Position numbers and translations under genes: made by a program. Below, in pieces: positions 7,347-10,192 of a DNA stretch of 10,192 bases. The notes beneath the pieces are model-generated. The model saw only the letters and a program-made list of their open reading frames with translations. It had not been told where the DNA came from and searched no databases. The DNA comes from Promethearchaeota archaeon (GTDB lineage Archaea > Asgardarchaeota > Odinarchaeia > Odinarchaeales > JBHLKK01): NCBI GenBank assembly GCA_048939465.1, contig JBHLPL010000071.1:1-10192 (forward strand). Reading direction: 5' to 3'. Positions within the stretch are counted from its first letter, which is position 1. Every line of letters starts with the position of its first letter.

Positions 7347-7354
7347 TTTAAATG
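7347..7354 (+). promoter_or_regulatory. Putative TATA box (TTTAAATG) for the leuS transcript
   Basis: TTTAAA preceded by ACAAGG. Typical archaeal spacing puts the TSS near 7375-7380, just before the uORF SD. Motif match only. Confidence 0.5.
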
Positions 7355-7380
7355 TGAGCAACCCACCTCTTGCTTCTAAC

Positions 7381-7417
7381 AAGGAGATGAAATGAAGTGG
7401 GGTATTGCATTCTCCTT
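7381..7417 (+). promoter_or_regulatory. 5' hairpin of the leuS leader, sequestering the uORF SD and start codon
   Basis: AAGGAGA (7381-87) pairs perfectly with TCTCCTT (7411-17). The stem continues inward as TG/CA, a 1x1 mismatch, then AATG/TATT (one G-U), with an 8-nt loop. Confidence 0.5.
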
Positions 7418-7487
7418 AGATAGTCTATTTTTGAAATTACCTTTAGTGATTCGCCCGTTCAGATTTTGGAGGAGTAATACGTGGTAG
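7392..7487 (+). CDS. Putative leuS leader peptide (uORF), MKWGIAFSLDSLFLKLPLVIRPFRFWRSNTW, 31 aa
   Basis: SD AAGGAG (7381-86) lies 5 nt before ATG 7392. Leu codons TTA, CTA, TTG, TTA, TTA fall at codons 9, 12, 14, 16 and 18. The TAG at 7485-87 overlaps the leuS start region (GTG 7481). Translation is not demonstrated. Confidence 0.45.
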   Translation: MKWGIAFSLDSLFLKLPLVIRPFRFWRSNTW

Positions 7488-10192
7488 ACTGGAAAACGGT
7501 TGAGTCAAAATGGCAAAAGAAGTGGCTTGATAGCAAGATTTTTGAAGCCGACCCAGATGAGCGAGATAAGATATTTGTTACATTTCCGTATCCGTACATG
7601 AATGGTCCATTTCATCTGGGACATGCCCTAACGTGTTCCAGGGTCGATATCTACGCCAGATTCAAGCGAATGCAAGGGTACAACGTGATGTTCCCCTTTG
7701 CTTTTCATGCCACTGGTGAGCCCGTAGCAGGAATAGCCGAGAGAGTTCGAAGAGGAGATCAAGATCAAATAGACATATTGATTAAGGGTGGAGTATCAGA
7801 GGCCGATATCAAGAATTTCGAAAATCCCGAATATATTGTCAACTACTACAGGAAAGAAACCACAGAAGCTGCAAAAGGGATGGGTTATTCTATAGATTGG
7901 CGAAGAAGCTTCATTACAATAGATACCCCATATGTTCGTTTTATTGAGTGGCAATACTTGACTTTACGCGAAAAAGGATATGTTAGTCTTGGTACTCATC
8001 CGGTCATTTGGTGTCCCAACTGCAAAAGCCCAACCGGAGATCATGACAGACTAGCTGGCGAGGGCATATCCCCTGTTGAATATACTGTACTGAAATTCAA
8101 ATATGGTGATGCTTGGCTGGTAATGGCCACATTAAGACCCGAAACCATATATGGTGTTGTCAATGTATGGATTAACCCCGATTCGATTCTCGTCACTGCA
8201 AAGGTAGACAACGAGAAATGGATAATGAGCAAAGAAGCAGCAGGGAAATTGAAGGAACAAGCCAAGAAAGTGGAAATCATTTCCGAATTTCGCGGCAGTG
8301 ATTTGATCGGCAGATACTGCACAAATCCCGTCTTGAATAATGATATACCCATACTCCCGGCGAGCTTTGTGGATCCAAGAAGTGCCACTGGGGTTGTTAT
8401 GAGCGTCCCCAGTCATGCTCCTTATGATTGGCTGGGTCTGAGAGACCTACAACTTCGTCCCGAAGAGTTGAAGAGATTTGGATTATCTTCGGATATACTG
8501 GATACTATTAGACCAATCTCTCTAATCAAGACCCCGGGACTAGGAGACCATCCTGGCTTAGATATAGTCAAACAAAGGAGGATTAAGGATCAGAACGATC
8601 CAAGAGCTGATGAAGCCACAAAAGAGATCTATAAGAAAGAATTTCATCAGGGCGTACTCAAAGAAAACACGGGCAAGTATGCGGGAATCCCGGTTCGTGA
8701 TATTAAGGATAGACTCGTCCAAGATTTCAAAGCACAAGGAATAGCGGATTCAATGTGGGAAACCGCAGACAAGGTTGTTTGTAGATGCAATTCACAATGC
8801 ATTGTTAAGATACTGGAGAATCAGTGGTTCCTGAATTATGGTGATCAGCAGTGGAAGGAAAAATCAAGAAAAGGCCTGAAGAACATAATAATCCTTCCAG
8901 AGGAGGCCAGATCTGCTTTCGAATACACCATCAACTGGCTTTCGGAAAAAGCATGTGTCAGAAGGACAGGGCTAGGGACCAGACTCCCTTGGGACCGGCA
9001 ATGGATAGTAGAGACACTTTCCGATTCAACTATTTATATGTCATTCTATACGATTGTCAACTTAATAGAAGAGAATAACATCCCTGCTGAGAAATTAATT
9101 CCAGAGGTCTTTGATTACGTACTTCTCGGAGAGGGTGATTGCAGAGAAGTATCAAAGGAGGCCAAGCTGGATCCAAAGCTACTGGAGGGCATGCGCAAGG
9201 AGTTCCTCTACTGGTACCCCGTGGATTTGCGCAATTCTGCGAAGGAGTTGATCTATAATCATTTGACTTTCTTCATATTTCAACATGTAGCGTTATTTCC
9301 CAAAGAGCTTTGGCCTAGAATGATCGGAGTGAACGGAATGTTGAGTATTGAAGGGATACCCATGTCAAAATCCCGTGGTGTTTTTACCACAGTAAGAGAA
9401 GTGCTGGAGAAGTACGGTGCAGATGCGACCAGGATCGAGCTGGCTTACTCATCGGAAGGTATGGCCGACCCGGATTGGAGGGCAAAAGATGCAGAAGGGC
9501 TGAGAGAGAGGTTAAACGCTTTACATGACTTCGCAACCGGGTTGCCTGAAACGAGCCAAGAGTACAGTGACATAGATTACTGGCTGACGAGTAGGATTCA
9601 TAGTAGAATTAAGAGAGCGACAGAACACTACGAGAGAATGGAAACAAGATCTGCGCTTCAGGAGGGCCTGTTTAACCTATATAATGATATCAGATGGTAT
9701 GTAAGGAGAGCCGACACTTATTCAAATGTGATTCAGCAGGCCATTGAAACGTTGGTTAAGCTAATTGTCCCTATTGTACCTCATATATGCGAGGAGATCT
9801 GGGAGAGGCTAGGTCACGAAGAGTTCTTATCTACGAGCAAATGGCCCGAATATGATGAAAAAAAGACAAATGAGGAACTGGACACTGGGGAGGAGCTTAT
9901 ATCGAGAGTGTTAGAGGATTCTAGAGAAATAATCAAGGTTTTGAAAATCAAGAAGCCAAAAGAATTGATTTTGTATGTGTCTCCTAACTGGAAATACGAA
10001 ATCTATGAAGAAATACGAAGGGGTACTGAAGATCTAATAAAACGAATAATGAAAAATCCCGAGATTAGGATGCATGCATCAGAAGCCACTGACTTCGCTA
10101 AGAAACTGATGAAGAGTCCGAACCTGCTGCCAGTACTGTCACCAAAGAGAGAATTCACGATCCTAACGGGTTCAAAATCATTCTTCACGAAG
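7481..10192 (+). CDS. leuS: Leucine--tRNA ligase, archaeal/eukaryotic type, 3' end outside the window
   Basis: Hand translation gives 904 codons with no stop from GTG 7481 (SD GGAGGAG 7468-74; in-frame TAA at 7475 excludes an earlier start). Motifs: TFPYPYMNGPFHLGH (HIGH motif, HLGH at 7613-24); CPNC..PTGDHDR; CP1 editing ATLRPET (8126-46) and ATGVVMSVPSHAPYD (8384-8428); GTRLPWD; SDSTIYM; MSKS (9362-73); KYGADATR; PHICEEIW. Confidence 0.97.
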   Translation, partial: MVDWKTVESKWQKKWLDSKIFEADPDERDKIFVTFPYPYMNGPFHLGHALTCSRVDIYARFKRMQGYNVMFPFAFHATGEPVAGIAERVRRGDQDQIDILIKGGVSEADIKNFENPEYIVNYYRKETTEAAKGMGYSIDWRRSFITIDTPYVRFIEWQYLTLREKGYVSLGTHPVIWCPNCKSPTGDHDRLAGEGISPVEYTVLKFKYGDAWLVMATLRPETIYGVVNVWINPDSILVTAKVDNEKWIMSKEAAGKLKEQAKKVEIISEFRGSDLIGRYCTNPVLNNDIPILPASFVDPRSATGVVMSVPSHAPYDWLGLRDLQLRPEELKRFGLSSDILDTIRPISLIKTPGLGDHPGLDIVKQRRIKDQNDPRADEATKEIYKKEFHQGVLKENTGKYAGIPVRDIKDRLVQDFKAQGIADSMWETADKVVCRCNSQCIVKILENQWFLNYGDQQWKEKSRKGLKNIIILPEEARSAFEYTINWLSEKACVRRTGLGTRLPWDRQWIVETLSDSTIYMSFYTIVNLIEENNIPAEKLIPEVFDYVLLGEGDCREVSKEAKLDPKLLEGMRKEFLYWYPVDLRNSAKELIYNHLTFFIFQHVALFPKELWPRMIGVNGMLSIEGIPMSKSRGVFTTVREVLEKYGADATRIELAYSSEGMADPDWRAKDAEGLRERLNALHDFATGLPETSQEYSDIDYWLTSRIHSRIKRATEHYERMETRSALQEGLFNLYNDIRWYVRRADTYSNVIQQAIETLVKLIVPIVPHICEEIWERLGHEEFLSTSKWPEYDEKKTNEELDTGEELISRVLEDSREIIKVLKIKKPKELILYVSPNWKYEIYEEIRRGTEDLIKRIMKNPEIRMHASEATDFAKKLMKSPNLLPVLSPKREFTILTGSKSFFTK

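Noticed and set aside
6880-7351. ORFs 6880..7071 (+), 6894..7142 (-) and 7145..7351 (+)
   Set aside because: Alternative-frame or antisense overlaps of the nitroreductase gene.
7387-7395. Minimal ORF ATG-AAA-TGA in the leuS leader
   Set aside because: The ATG directly abuts the SD (0-nt spacing), whereas ATG 7392 has canonical spacing. A start-stop role cannot be formally excluded.
7433-7452. tRNA(Leu)-mimic or T-box interpretation of the leuS leader
   Set aside because: The small hairpin loop read as an anticodon loop gives UUU, not a Leu anticodon. There is no T-box consensus, and the leader is too short for Stem I plus an antiterminator.
8041-10188. ORFs 8041..8388 (-), 8132..8416 (-), 8851..9078 (+) and 10003..10188 (-)
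   Set aside because: All lie within the continuous leuS reading frame.
1-10192. CRISPR array, IS/transposase, integrase, tRNA or rRNA
   Set aside because: No regularly spaced repeats, terminal inverted repeats, recombinase motifs or tRNA T-loop/cloverleaf were found by eye.

Overview
Archaeal chromosomal window. Evidence: TTTAAA(T)A TATA boxes, GGAGG/GGTGA Shine-Dalgarno motifs, an archaeal/eukaryote-type LeuRS, and DUF211 and DUF1922-like genes. A TACK (e.g. Bathyarchaeia) or Asgard-type host is an inference only. Gene order: 5'-truncated HAD hydrolase (+), DUF211 (+), TrmO/TsaA-family SAM-binding protein (-), CoA-binding YccU-like protein (-), coiled-coil hypothetical (-), two tandem Zn-ribbon (DUF1922-like) plus winged-helix paralogues (+), a nitroreductase-tldD-pmbA operon (-), and leuS (+; GTG start at 7481, runs off the window end, absent from the ORF track). 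No mobile element, CRISPR array, tRNA or rRNA was seen. The best lead is the ~105-nt leuS leader. It holds a 31-codon uORF with its own SD and five Leu codons in a 10-codon stretch, its stop overlaps the leuS start, and an anti-SD segment can pair with either the uORF SD or the leuS SD. This is a candidate leader-peptide control of an archaeal aminoacyl-tRNA synthetase, and it is unproven. Secondary leads: a GC-rich structured leader upstream of trmO, the tandem Zn-ribbon/wH pair, and a PMSKS variant of the LeuRS KMSKS motif.
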